From Octopus bimaculoides (taxonomy: Eukaryota): a stretch of DNA of 64,000 nt. Below the pieces are notes generated by a model, which made no database searches, had not been told where the DNA came from, and saw only the letters and a list, made by a program, of their open reading frames with translations. The position numbers and the translations under genes were made by a program. This document shows positions 35,914-49,629 of the stretch, one piece after another. The stretch is taken from positions 158,196,499-158,260,498 of the forward strand of contig NC_068981.1 of assembly GCF_001194135.2 (NCBI RefSeq), read 5' to 3'. Within the stretch, counting starts at the first letter, position 1. Each line of letters opens with the position of its first letter.

Positions 35914-38052
35914 GATCTGATACCATAGGTAACAGCTAGAAGCCTTATATGACTTCTTTTGTTATTGTATTTGTCACATGCTACATTACTCAAGTAGACA
36001 TATCACATGAAGCAAATATACAGGTAGGATACAAACAAATAAAAAAAATCAATAAACAAAGTGCAAAGTCAATGTATTATTTGCTGTGGAGGAATAGAAG
36101 GTAAAATATGTTGATTCTTTGATTATTGGTATTTAATACAGGAGGGGTATGAAGATAAAAACATAGGTGGAAGAAAAAAGGGGTTAGTTCAGAGATGTGC
36201 AATGAATGCTTGAATGGTAAACAAGAAGTATGGAATGAAGAAGTCATCATCCTCATCATTTCATAATAATAATGATTTCTTTTGATAATAATAACTCTTT
36301 CTTCTATAGGCACAAGGCCAGAAATTTTAGGGGTGGAAAAGCTGGTTCATTACATCAATCCCAGTGCTCAACCCTGAAAGAAAGAAAAGCAATGTCAACC
36401 TTGGTGGAATTTTAACTCAGAACATGATGACTGAGAAGAAAAGCTGCTAAGCATTTAGTCTGACTGGCTAACAGTTTTAACAGCTGTCATCCATGGGCAG
36501 TTTGACTGGAACACTGCATTGTGCTTCAATATCTGCTTTGGCATAGTCTCTATGGCTGAATGCTCTTCCAGATGCCGAGAAGCCTGTTTTATTATTTTCC
36601 TTTTATCTCTTTGTCATGAAGGAAAAGTGGTACTCATGACTTTGTACAGGGCCTCCAGGACTTCTGGAGCAAAAAAGACTACTTCAGACTTGAGATCTGT
36701 CCTGAATGCATGCAATAATGTGGACTTTGTTAAAGGCACCTAAATATCAGGTGCTGGTGTTAAACCAGGCAATACATTAAGTGTATTAGCCAAAGGGAAG
36801 TAAGCATGACAAGCAAGCATTGTAGAACATGGTTTGCTGAAAGAAAGTATGTGTGAGGTGTAAATGCATGTATTCAATGTATGTATGTGTTAGAAATGGA
36901 GATTTATGTGCATGAGGATAAGCAGGTGTGTGTGCATGGTGTAGTAGAGTGGGTGTATGAGTGGTGAAGTAAAAGAAGAGAAATATGTAAAAAAGCCTAA
37001 CTAGCAGCTTTTCACTGATCACTCAGTCTATTAGAAAAGACTGTCAAATTCCCTTCAAACCTACCTTAAAACAAGAAGGTCAAATTAGACAGTGTAGACC
37101 AGTCATGACCCTGTAGGCTGTGTCATTTTGAATAGCATGCTTAATTGCAGCTTGCCTTATGATGAGTCATGTCATGTGGTCTGCTTCTCATAAAAGGTTG
37201 CCCATGCCTGATGTAGGCCTAGATATAGAATAAGATGGGATAGTAAATACTGGAGTATTTTCAATCATAGGTTGACTCAGGGTAAATAGCCAAGGTTTAG
37301 ACAATAACAGATTCAACTTGAAGAAAATGAGGTAACAGTTATGTGTAAAACCAAGTTTCAGGCTCGCCACCACTACCACTGCATGTCTACATTCAGTTTT
37401 ATTTATATATATATATATATGTATGTATGTATATATATATGTATGTATGTATGTGTGTATACATGCAAAGGTATAAAGGTTAAGAGGTATATAAGTGAAT
37501 GTGTGTAGATATATATGTGCACCATACCACACAGGTCATGAACAAGAACACACCAATACTGGCCACTCCAAAATTCTTGATGGACTTAACTCTTCTCCCC
37601 ACTGGTCTCAATTACTATTAGTCTTATTTTTATATTTTATTTTTTCTTGATTTCATTTACGTTTTTCCTCTCTTTTGCCTTCTTTTCTTCCTTCCTCTTG
37701 TTGTTGTTCTTCTTTTTCTCCTTCTTCTTCTTCTAACATGCTTTTGTATTTATATTCTTTTCCCTTTTTTGTGTATATTTGTTTGTATGAATACTTGTAA
37801 GAAAAATCTTTTGTTATTTAAGCAACCAGTGAAACACATTTTTCAGTTTGAAAATGGCTACTTGAAGCTCAAAATTTATATCAGAGTAACTCACTGTAAA
37901 TATTATTATTAAGATTAAAATAAATAATTATCCCCCCAAAAATGCCATCTCTACTCATTCTTTCAAATATATATAATACTGTACCAAGAACATTTTCTCT
38001 ATTATTCTACTATATATGTATATATACATATATGTATGCATATATATATGTA

Positions 38053-39123
38053 CAGGGTGTTCAGGCTAAATTTGACAGTTTGCATAAAAGGAAAAGAAAA
38101 GACAGTTGCCTATCCAAAAATAAATGGGGTTTTTTTTTTGTTTTAATAAAAATATTGGGTTGTCCGGAAAGTTCGTGCTGATTTATAAGTAGCTTACCTT
38201 TTGACTTATTTGCCACGAAACCACCTCAATTCTGGGAAGAGGGTATTTTCAAGTTAAAGGAAAGATGGAGACGCATTGTGCAACAAAATGGTTCATATTT
38301 GGTTGATTAAAAATGTAATGGCAAGTATTTATTGACCTTTTTCTTTCCTTGAAAAACCGGCACGAACTTTCCGGACAACCCGATATATCAACTAGATTAT
38401 GGCTGAGAGATAACAGTTTACTCTAAATTGGTGCATGTGTTCCTCACTGTGTCCTTCAGAAGATCTTTGAATATCTCCTTGATCTTAGCCACCAGCTTGG
38501 CCTTAATGTTGCAGGCAGAGCGGTTGGTGTTTTTCTCATACATAGTAATCCACACTTCATACATAATAATCCATGGGATTACAATCAAAGGAATTAGGAG
38601 ACCAGAAATTGGGGCTGGTGAAATTTTCCAACAAGCACTTGTAATTCTCTCTGAAGGTAGAACAAGGAGCCAGCTGCTATACATATAGCTTTTCAGCAGC
38701 AATCCTCTCCAGCAGAACTTTGACCACCATCTCCAGCAGCTTCACATAGCTGTCTGAATTAAACCTTAGGCCCTGTTTAAAGATGTGGGGATGAATTCCG
38801 GTGTGCAGATGCAGTCAGAACACCTACTGTGCCTTTGTAGTCCCTGTTGCAGCTGTCCAAGTCGCATCTTACAGCTTTTACAATATTCACAGAGCATTGA
38901 GTAGTAATTAGGATGTCAGCATGTCGATACCCAGCATGAATCATTAATATAGGTAACCCTTTTCTTATATTCAGATGGCTCCACTCCTTCGTATCAACCC
39001 ACTTTTTCTCAACCCCTACATCAATTTTTATGCTCTCTAATGACATTGATTATTCAACAATTATTAAGCTGTTCTGAAAAAAAGGAGACATACAAAATCA
39101 CCAAATTTAGCCTGAACAGCCTG
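38053..39123 (-). mobile_element. Tc1/mariner (DD37D/maT-like) deleted element
   Basis: TA|cagggtgttcaggctaaatttg ... caaatttagcctgaacagcctg|TA. Minus-strand WSPNSFDCNPMDYYV and NIKAKLVAKIKEIFKDL. Confidence 0.85.
38155..38383 (+). mobile_element. Mariner MITE nested in the Tc1/mariner element
   Basis: TIRs ttgggttgtccggaaagttcgtgc / gcacgaactttccggacaacccga with TA flanks. Retains the transposase C-terminus FWEEGIFKLKERWRRIVQQNGSYLVD*. Confidence 0.9.
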
Positions 39124-39405
39124 TATATGAATATATCATCATCATTGTATAACATCTGTTTTCCATGTTGGTATGAGTTGGATGGTTTGACAAAAGCAGG
39201 CTAGTTGGAAAGCTGATCAGGCTCCCACTGTCTAGTTTGGCATGGGTTCTACAGCTGGATGCCCCTCCTAATGCAAACTACTTTACAGAGTGTACTATGT
39301 ATTTCATGGACTCTTCCATCATTAGATGATGTATGAGGGTTCAGCAATTTCTTGCCGAACCATCACACAGATGATTTGTTTATGGTGATCAAATGTTTGT
39401 GTACA

Positions 39406-39790
39406 CATAAACTCACTCCCTCCATCAAATCGACATCACCTGTACAGGTGCACCTTGTGCCACATGTCAGATGATCAAATGATCACAGAGCAACATGAAA
39501 TGAAGTGCTTTTCTCAAGAACACAATGTAACACCCAGTCTGGGAATTGAACTCATGATCTTGCAATCGTGAGAGCAACATCCTACTCATAAACTCACTCC
39601 CTCCATCAAATTGACATCACCTGTACAGGTGCACCTTGTGCCACATCTCAGATGACGAAATGATCACAGAACAACGTGAAATGAAGTGCTTTTCTCAAGA
39701 AGACAGCGCAACGCCCGGTCATGGAATTGAACTCATAATCTCGCAATCGTGACTGCAACACCCTAACTACTAAGCCATGTGCCTTCACAA
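39406..39790 (-). repeat. Tandem pair of tRNA-SINE 5' segments (181-bp period)
   Basis: cataaactcactccctccatcaaat.gacatcacctgtacaggtgcacc starts at 39406 and again at 39587. Confidence 0.85.
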
Positions 39791-39830
39791 CTGTATGTGT
39801 GTGTGTATATATATATGCATACACGCACAC

Positions 39831-39863
<33 letters not shown>

Positions 39864-40269
39864 AATATATATTTATAAACATTTTTATACACACAAATTG
39901 TGTGTGTTTGTATGTTATTGTATTTATGTTGTGTTTGTACCCTTTCACTGTTTGACACCTGGTGTTAGTTTGTTTACATCCTCATGATTTAACAGTTCTG
40001 AACATGATGGAATACATACCAAACTTTAAAAAAAAATTTGACTGAACCCTTCTAGGCAGTGTTCCAGCACGATCGCAATCCAATGTCTAAAACACGTAAA
40101 AGATAAAAGATGCAATTTATTTTGCATTGACACTGCACTGTGGTTTGTTAAAACTCAGTCTGGTAGTTTGAATATGTTACGAATAGCCTGGTTTTACTTT
40201 CTACTTGGTGTTTCACCTGTATTTTACCTCAGTTGGTGCAATGTAAATAGCAGCCAGGCTGGTACCATG

Positions 40270-40520
40270 TATAAAGCACCCATGCTGGTGGTATATAAAA
40301 AGCACCCATACTGATGCCATGTAATAAGCACTGTTGCTGGGGCCACGTAAAAAGCATCCTGTACACTCTATAAAGTGGTTGGCTTTAGGAAGGGCACCCA
40401 GCTGTAGAAAGCATGCCAAAAATAGACAGTTGGAGCCTGGTGCAGCTGTCTAGCTTGACAGCTCCTGTCAAAATGTCCAAGCCATACCAGTTTAGAAAAC
40501 ATGAAATGATGATGATGATG
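40270..40520 (+). mobile_element. RTE-tail repeat family copy (others at about 39140-39300 -, 45670-45950 +, 54780-55090 -)
   Basis: ggttggctttaggaagggcacccagctgtagaaa...atgatgatgatg. Confidence 0.75.
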
Positions 40521-41705
40521 TTACATCAGAAACTAGTAAGTGGAACTAGGTTGATAGAGGCTAAGTTATAAAATTCCTTTGGACTATATGTGAAATTTGA
40601 AACCCAATGGAGATTTTGATTTTATAGAGACTGATTTAGTTTGTGTGTTTGTGTATGTCTGTGTTTAATATTTATATGTAGCTAAGACCGAGGATAGTCT
40701 CTTTAAAATTGCTTTGTTGTAGTATACATTTAATGTATTTAGTTTTGTGACAAGTGGTATTTTAGTGATTCAGTTGAAGGCCATTTGTCTGCTAGAGAGA
40801 CGCTATGTTGGCAATAATGATGTTGGTGGTGTTGGTGGTTGTGATGGAGGTGGGAATAAATCATAGCATGCACATAAATGGCATGACAACTACTGGTGCT
40901 ACAGCACCATGTAATTATACTCTCAATGGAAACGGTTCCTCTGAATAAATTTAGTTTTATCACTCACAGTCCTGGAAAAGAAGAAAGCAGTATAATACAC
41001 AGTTAATTATACTTAGAAACAAATACGTATAAACATATGTGCATAAAATCAAACTTATATATATATATTTAAACATACATACTTACACATGCTAACATTC
41101 ACATGTAAGCTCACAAACATAGGAGCATACATATATATATGCATTTGTACATGCACACGTATATGTTCACATTATATTACATACATGTAACAGAATTTAT
41201 TCATTTATTCAAAGTTGATGTTTCCTTGTGGAAAATGGAATCTTATGTACAGAATTTAGTAATGATTTGATAAATAAGTAACTTCAGCCTCAAATAAATG
41301 ACTACAGCCCATGTTAGTGTGGGAAAACGGATGTGAATTTATGAGGATGTTCATAATGGTATATATGTACACAGATATGCACACACTCATAGAGATACAT
41401 CTACGTCATGTTGTGTGTGTGTATACTTACATATATATATATATATTTATTTATTTATTTATACACATACATACATGTATATACACACACTCATACATAT
41501 ATGTATATGTGCACACATACGCAAAATGAATAAACAAATAAAAATAGCATTCAATATATTTAGTTTAAACACAATCCTTTGCCCATTTAACACAACCACT
41601 TGCACCATGTTCCAAATAACCAGCCTCAGTTTTGCACCATGGTAGCTGAAATAAGAACACATATTTTGAAAGCAAGGGTAATAAACTATGCAACTTTTTC
41701 TGATA

Positions 41706-42493
41706 TCTATACTATATATAAAACAGAGATGTGTGTGTAATCGCTTTTCATGTGAAATTGACTTCACCAAATGCTTCCATACTTGTGATGCATGAATAAT
41801 TTGACCTCGGATAAATCTTAGGCTCTTCATTTGATTTTTTTAATTAAAAATAAATAATATTGCTTTATATTTAAGATTCACTTCTTTAAAAAGGTTCCTC
41901 AATGTCAACTTCCGGTATTGACGTAACAACAGCAAAAAGCTTCTCTCTCTATTTTGTGTGTGAGTGTGTATGAGAGAGAGAGAGAGAGAGAGTAAATACT
42001 ACATACACACTGCTCTCTCACACACATACACATGCACACACACACCCCTTAACTCACTCACACTCTGTCTCTTACAAACACACACATACATAAATGTATA
42101 CAAACATATTTACAAAGACACGTGTGTATGTGCGCGCGTGCATGTTTGTAAGAGACAGAGTGTAAGTGAGTCAAGGGCTGTGTTGTCATATGCATACATC
42201 CAAAGATGTATGTACATTTATGCATGTACGTATACATGACAACAANNNNNNNNNNCGTAAATCATTTCTTTCATTTAATCCCCATTTTAATTTTCCTAAA
42301 AGTTTCCAAGTACCAATGAGGCTTTTTGGCACATCTTCAATTTTCCCCATTCATGAGAGGCGCCCAGCCATCATTCATCTGAGAGTCCATCTACAGAATG
42401 TCCTCAAATTTCTATACAGCATATTTTGCCTTTTTTTCTTCAAGTATATAAGCAACAATTTCATTCCCGAGCAACGCCGGGTGCCTCTGCTAG
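41706..42493 (+). mobile_element. Non-autonomous Helitron
   Basis: A|TCTATACTATATATAAAAC 5' end, Rep remnant NEAFWHIFNFP-IHERRPAIIHLRVHLQN, and 3' tcccgagcaacgccgggtgcctctgCTAG|T. Confidence 0.85.
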
Positions 42494-42528
42494 TTATCTA
42501 TAAATCTAAGCAAGGCTGAGTACTGCTG

Positions 42529-42562
<34 letters not shown>

Positions 42563-43728
42563 TGTGTATCTGTCTGTATAAAATTGATGTAGGTAAAAAT
42601 TCCTGCCTCTTTTAAATAAACATTTCCCAGTAAACCACAAATACAGGTAGATTTTTAACAGATGCTCAGTTAAAATACCATATAGCTGTTACTCCAATAT
42701 GAAGAACACTATCACTTGTAAGCATCNNNNNNNNNNATAGCTGTTACTCCAATATGAAGAACACTATCACTTGTAAGCATCATTGCGAGTTGTAACTGCT
42801 GAGACCTTGAAGCTTTCTCAGTCGACCAAGTGTGTATGATAAACTCCATATATGAGGCAGACGTAACAGCAATGCTTCAAGATAACTATAAAGGAAAATT
42901 ACATTGGGTTATGCAAAGGCAATTTCAAAATATTATGTAAAGCTATTAAATTGGCTATCTATCTATGTAGTTTAAAGATCAAACTGCACACCACATATGT
43001 TCTTGTGGGGAATCATAGAGAAATCCATGTCATATGTCAATGGATATAAGAAATGCAACTTATGCATAGCTGAAAGATTGCATATTCTTTTTAGATCTGA
43101 GAATTCAACTGCACTACTGCATTCTTGATTCAAAATTTTCAGAAAATGCAAAGATAGGGACAAACTTCTTTTGGCAAACTGGTTTAATTATGGCTTTATA
43201 GTCAAAGAGGACATAACTCTGATTTTCTTTTCTTTTTCCATTTTTTTTTTCATTCATTCACTCTTTTCATCTACCTTCTCATTTTTCCTCATGATTTTTC
43301 TCGTACCAGTGTCCTGTTTTGTAAATTGAATAGACCAGGTGTTCAAAGCCAAAAGATTGCTTGGAGATATAAGGCATGTTATAAAAACCTAGCTAGACCC
43401 TTGTCTTCAAGCAAGAAACTATTAGTAACTCATGTCTTTATACTGTGTACATTAAATGGTATTTATCTCTCACTGGATTGAGTACTTCTTTTGTTGATCC
43501 TACCTTAATGGAACAGTAAACTGTACATAATGATTTTTATACATTCTATTTTGGAATATATATAAAGTACATACATAAAACTATAAATGATAGCATGTAA
43601 ATAATGGGATGAAAATCTCTTTTAGATAGAATAAGTTGAAGGCTGCTATTATTTATAACTTTGTATGTGTACTTTGAGATATTCTAAAAGAAAGAAATTA
43701 GTTCATGTTCTCTTGACTTTTATGACAT

Positions 43729-43768
<40 letters not shown>

Positions 43769-43894
43769 ATTCTCTTGTCATGAACGACAAATGAGGGTTC
43801 AGTAAAATAAAATAAAGCAGTAATCATTTTTCTATGGACATTAATATGTCACTTGAGGCCTGCTGGTGTGTTTATATATATATATATATATATA

Positions 43895-44255
43895 CAGGGT
43901 GCGATGGGTAAATTGTTGCCATTCTATATTTTTAATTGTGCACATGTGCATTGTTTGTTTTTCATTTTGTCAACTACACAGTATAGTAGGGTCAGTTGGG
44001 CACCATCTGTGAGAAAAACAGTACCATGACGCAATTCACTCTACCAGAAATTTGGAAACAACATGCTGTACTGCTTGGCATTCACACCAGAAGCTCCACT
44101 ACGAACAAATAGGGAATACACAGAACAACCATTGGCATTCCATGTCCCCAAAATATGTACCAAGAGTGATAAAAATCAAGCATCCAGTCAACATCATGGT
44201 TTTTGGAGTGATCACTTGTGATGGCAACATTATGCCTGAGTTCTTTTATTAGCAT
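43895..44255 (+). mobile_element. Tc1/mariner (DD37D-like) 5' portion
   Basis: TA|cagggtg terminus; MTQFTLPEIWKQHAVLLG; VPRVIKIKHPVNIMVFGVITCDGNIMP. Truncated at the neighbouring PLE fragment. Confidence 0.75.
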
Positions 44256-44600
44256 TTCTAAAGGAGATCTCATGGTTTGCAAGCCAAGATTTCACATAAC
44301 ACGCTGTCGCTCCAACATAATAGAAATATTTGCCTTCTGCTTCAACGGTTGCCAGGTATATTAGGTTTCTATGTTTACAATAATTGTTAAATTTACATTT
44401 TCCTTTAACTCTACAATCACAGAAGTTATTTAAATAGATATTAAAAGTGTTAGTTGTGTTTGTATTATTGTTCATGTGTTGTCTAGATATATTATGTCTG
44501 GCATTTTTGTTTGTTTGGATATTGTTTGTATTCATAGTTGGAGGGGGATTATTTCTATTTGTGTAATTTGCATCAAGTTTTACATTATTAAACAATGATA
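44250..44600 (-). mobile_element. Penelope-like element fragment, GIY-YIG domain
   Basis: CDCRVKGKCKFNNYCKHRNLIYLATVEAEGKYFYYVGAT..VKSWLANHEISFRN. Confidence 0.85.
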
Positions 44601-45009
44601 TATGCCTAAATAGGTTTTTGGTTACCGAAAATTCAATCCTTATTACTTATTATTAATTATAGTACTATATTTATTAGAAGTGAAATGTTTATCTAGGATA
44701 GAACAAATTACTTGGATAAGGTTAGTCCTTATCTGTTTGTCATAAAATAAGATAAGCCAGATATTATTATTATCCTTTTTATTCAGACATTTCTCGTTGC
44801 TTCTATGTGAATGTTTTATATATGGAATATGTTTCTTACGTTTTAAGGATTTTTAGTTTTTTTTTTACTTATTAGGACTTTGGTTTTAGCTAGGTTACAC
44901 ACATATATATACACACGTGTGTGTGTATATGTTTGTATGTATCTTCAGACCCCAAAAACTGCTGGCCTGAGACCTATTTTAAAGAGGACAATGTATGTAT
45001 GTGTGTGTG

Positions 45010-45053
<44 letters not shown>

Positions 45054-47591
45054 GAAATAGGTTTCAAAGAGAAAAAAGACTACATGTGGTTTAAATAGGG
45101 GAAAAGTAAAAAGAAAAAAGAGAAATTGCACATTGGATATAAAATATAAAGGCTTTTTTATGAAAAGTAACGATATATATCTACAATTAGATGAACTGAG
45201 GTAGAATTAAGAGGTATAAAAAGTTATGATTATGAATTGTTAAAGAAGATTCAGTCATATCAGTATCGTCAAAAGCTATTCACTGACTTTGAATGAGCAC
45301 CAATTTCCGTGTTTAATAGCAGTTTGATTTGGCTCCATGCAACTTAGTCTCATAGGCTTGTCAAACATTACCTAACTCATCAGGCTTGTGTATATATATT
45401 CCCATCATCACCATCACTTTATGTCCACTTTCTATACTGTCATGGCTGGAAGGATCGTCAGAGTACTTAATCAGACTTTCTGCCCTCCTAATCGTAATCA
45501 TGGGACCATTTCTCACTCATGCATTTTATTTTGACAAGTTTTTTCTCTTTTTTTTTTTTTCAAGATTAGTGTTGACAGTGGCTTTGAAAATTTAGCTTTC
45601 ATTGGACTTAGTTTGGTGAAAGCTAAACAGGCTAAAACTTCAAAGTCTATGTCAACTCTATTCCTGTTGTCTTGCTGGCATTACATAATAGCTCCTGTGC
45701 CAGTGCCACATATAAAACACCTATGTTGGCACCACATATAATGCACCTGTATCAGTGTCACGTACAAAGCACATGCACAGTGCCACATGAAAAAACACCC
45801 AGTATACTCTGTAAAGTGGTTGGCATTAGGAAGAGCATTGTAGAAACCATGCTAAAACAGACAACTGGAGCCTGGGCAGCTCTTCAGCTGTCCAGCTCCT
45901 GTTGAACTGTCTAACCCATGCCTGCATGGAAACCAAACATTAAATGATGATATGTGGGTTTGTACATATATACATATACATACACATAAATACACGTATA
46001 TGCATACATACATATATGTGTGTGTGTGTGTGTGTGTATTCACATTATGTGCAACAAAAGCAGTACTAGATTAAAATAGTCATCTGTGTATTTACTTAAT
46101 GCAAATACCTTGCTGAAAGGCAAATTAATTGCAGTATTTATCTGGAAGTAATATTTCTTATGGATGTACTTGTGTTTGAATAACACAAATATTTCAGCAG
46201 CAGATGAAAATTGTCCAGCAGTTGTCTTGAGAATGCTAGATGTACATTTCTGCCTCTTAGATCTTTCTCAGTAGCATGTACTCACTGTTAACCACATGAT
46301 AAAGCAAAGTCTGTCACTACTGATATAGAAAAGCAGTGATTAAAAAGTCATTGGTGTTGCAATTGGACACCCTGTTGTATAGAGAGCTATACTGCTTCAT
46401 AGTTTGGTAGGTAGATTTGTATATGTACAGTGTTTATGTTGTATTTTGCATATTTTAATAGTTGCTGTGTCATATTGCTGAACCCAGTGTACTACTTAAC
46501 ATGGCTAGCATTTAGTCTTGTTTTATTGCATTGAATAACATGTATGTATATAAAGAACTTCATGTACTTAGATGAACACTTTACTGTGAGTTGCATAGAC
46601 TCTTATGAGAGGCATCATAATGGGAACAAAGATGAGATTTGAGTTGACACATTAAATGACAACAAATTAACATTGTAACAACACACCAGGCAAGTAATAA
46701 CATATCAGATTGATAAAACATACAATGCTTATAGTCAGAAAGTATCAGAAAATGGAGGAATTGTTGAAGTATTTGAGGAATAACTTAATAAAAAAATAAA
46801 TTTGCCTGTCCAAAGCATTTTCATTAGTTTGTCCTAATTGTCCATGCTTGTTTTCAAACTTTTAGTTAACCAGGTTTCCTTTCATAAGTTCCAATTTTTT
46901 CTAGTGGTTTGAAAAAATAGCTGGGAATGTATATCATATATGATACATAGATACCAAGGAAATATGGTCCGTGTGTCACCTGCGAGACATACAACAGGCA
47001 AAGGGTTAAGATTGTTTAAGACACATACCTTCAAATAATCAGTATCTATTCAAAAATTACTGAAAATGTCTGTAAGTGATTACACTAGTTGTGCATGCAT
47101 CAGTTGATCTCAAGTAATTTATACAAAAGGAAAAAAATTTCCAGTTGTTTGGCAACAATCTAAAATCTACGCCCCCAAAAAACTGAACTCAACAAATAGG
47201 ACTGCTAAATCTTTTTCAAAAATTTTGATTAATAGAACTGCTAAGTCTTTTTCAATAGTTTTGAATACAAATCCAGAAAATTATGAAGATTTGCAGTAGG
47301 AGTAAATAGTGATAAATTTTCAGCAAACAACTTGAATGAAAATACTATGTGACTGTTATTAGCTGTTATGATATCAATGAAATAAATATCAACTACATCT
47401 CTATCACCAATACTGGTCAGCACTAATAACTCTATGAACAGTAATGCTTATAAATGGCACTCAACTAACTCTCACATAAAATGACACGGTATCTTTGCTG
47501 GCAGACTCATGCTGGAGTACCCCCTTGGTACTTCAACCCTTTAGTATTTAATAAGCCATATCTGGCTCAAACATTCTACCTGTTTTATGTT

Positions 47592-47919
47592 AAAGACCCC
47601 CTTCAGTCGTCATGAATGACCATGGTATTGCACCTAAAAAGTTCCCCTCCGTGGCATAAGTTCAGGCAAGGTTATTTGTGGAAGACCGACAGTTGCCCAT
47701 GCATATCTGCCTCCTCTCTCCATGCTACTGATGTTATCCATGGGAAAGACAAAGGCTGATACAACTTGGCACCAGTGACATTGGAACTCATTTCTACAGC
47801 TGAGTGAACATGAAAATAAAGTGTCTTGCTCAAGAACACAGCATACAGCTCAGTCCAGGAATCAAACTCGCTATCTCATGACTGAGCCCAACACTCTAAC
47901 CACAGAGCCATGCGTCTTC
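47592..47919 (-). mobile_element. Full-length tRNA-SINE with 14-bp TSD
   Basis: Reverse-complement head gaagacgcatggctctgtggttagagtgttggg...gtttgattcc, core gtgttcttgagcaagacactt. TSD acctgttttatgtt at 47578-47591 and 47920-47933. Confidence 0.85.
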
Positions 47920-49593
47920 ACCTGTTTTATGTTCAAACTAGACAGATCTGGCCTCTTACACCTACCTACAATGTCATTTTAAAAATATACAATCACATCA
48001 TTGTATATTTTGAAGCAACCCAGACTGGACACTGGCCTTTCTACTACACTTTCATGACTGTTCTGTCCACAATATACCTGCTTGTTATTATACACAGCAT
48101 CCTTGCACTCATCAGCTTTATGTGATGTATCACAGAACTTGTCATGACTGCAAAGCTTCTGCTATATTTACTGATCATTCTTCTCAAAGTTATTGTATAC
48201 TTTGTATATAGATATGCATATCATACTATTTAAAATGGTAATGAGTTGAGAACCTTTTTACATAGTGGGGAGAGGGACAAAAATAACATTTTGGTGTTTA
48301 ATGAAGATACACTTTTATTTCTTCTTTATGCATTTCTCTCCTACTTCATCATCTTTTCCATGCTTGTGTGGGTCAAACAGAATTTCTTGAGGCAGATTTT
48401 CCATGGCTGGATACCCTTTCTGTTTCCAAGTAAGGTAATATTCTCTGTAGCCAGATATGTTTTCATGGAAGATTGGAAACAAATAACATTACCTGTATGA
48501 TGGTGACACTCATTTATACCTGTTGTGCAATGTCAAGACATGAGGACACAAACATACACACACACATGCAAGCACACACATAGGCATACATGTGAGGGTT
48601 TTTTTTAAGATTCTGACTACCAAGTCTACTCACAAGACCTTGATTAGCCTGGGACTATAATAAGAGATACCTGTCCAAAATGCCGTGCAGTAGGACTGAA
48701 CCCAAAACCTCATGGTTAAGAAGCTAACTTCTTATCTACACAGCCATACCCGTACCTTATTTATTTGTTGGCTTGAAATATATACAGAGTGCAAAGTTTG
48801 AAAACTAATCAATGCCCGATCACCATGATTTTGAAAATAAAAGATACATACACTTAAATTCCTTTTAAAAAGAAGAGAGAGGTATGTTCATGTTGTTGTT
48901 GGCTGTACACATTACATATTTACTGTATTATGTGACTCAACACAAAAGTCACATGATCAGCTCAATGTAGGTGACTGGATAATGGAGTTGAATAAAGTCG
49001 TGAAGCTATGAGATAATGCATGGTCAATTCGAGATTATGTGAATAAATAAACACTACTTTTGACAGAATAATTTGAAAACTAAAGGGTTAAACCTTAAAG
49101 GTAGTGCTCCTGTATGGCCACAGTCTAATGACTGAAACAAATAAAAGGATGCTTAGTCTTGTGGAAATTGTTTTGGAATTAAAATCCAAATTAATGAGAG
49201 TGCATAATAAAAAGCATTGTGAGTTCTAGTCTCACTAGATTTTTTTTACATGCAGTGTGATGAAAGCAAATCAACCTTGTTAAATTTATACATCTCTAAG
49301 TTCTATAATATCGAAAAAAAATTGACATGATCGTTCAACTGACATTTAAATTTGTGCTACAGATTAAGGTTTTCGTGAGCATACCATTATTCCACAGTGA
49401 AAAATAGGCCAAAAGACTTCTGATCCAGTATTCGTAGCAGAAGTTAAAAGGTGAAATATTATTATTGATGGTCTTATCTAAGATCATAGTGTAGAGAAAG
49501 ACACTCTTTTATAAAAACATCCTACACATACCACCATAGGAAATAAGGAAAATTGGACATAAAACTAATGGTGTTGATGAAGCTGTTGAGGAT

Positions 49594-49629
<36 letters not shown>

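Noticed and set aside
36519-36743. 74-aa ORF, or an alternative frame GLQDFWSKKDYFRLEICPECMQ
   Set aside because: No recognisable domain, weak acceptor and no donor; compatible with chance.
42682-42781. 45-bp direct repeat atagctgttactccaatatgaagaacactatcacttgtaagcatc
   Set aside because: The identical copies flank a 10-N gap, so this is almost certainly an unmerged contig overlap.
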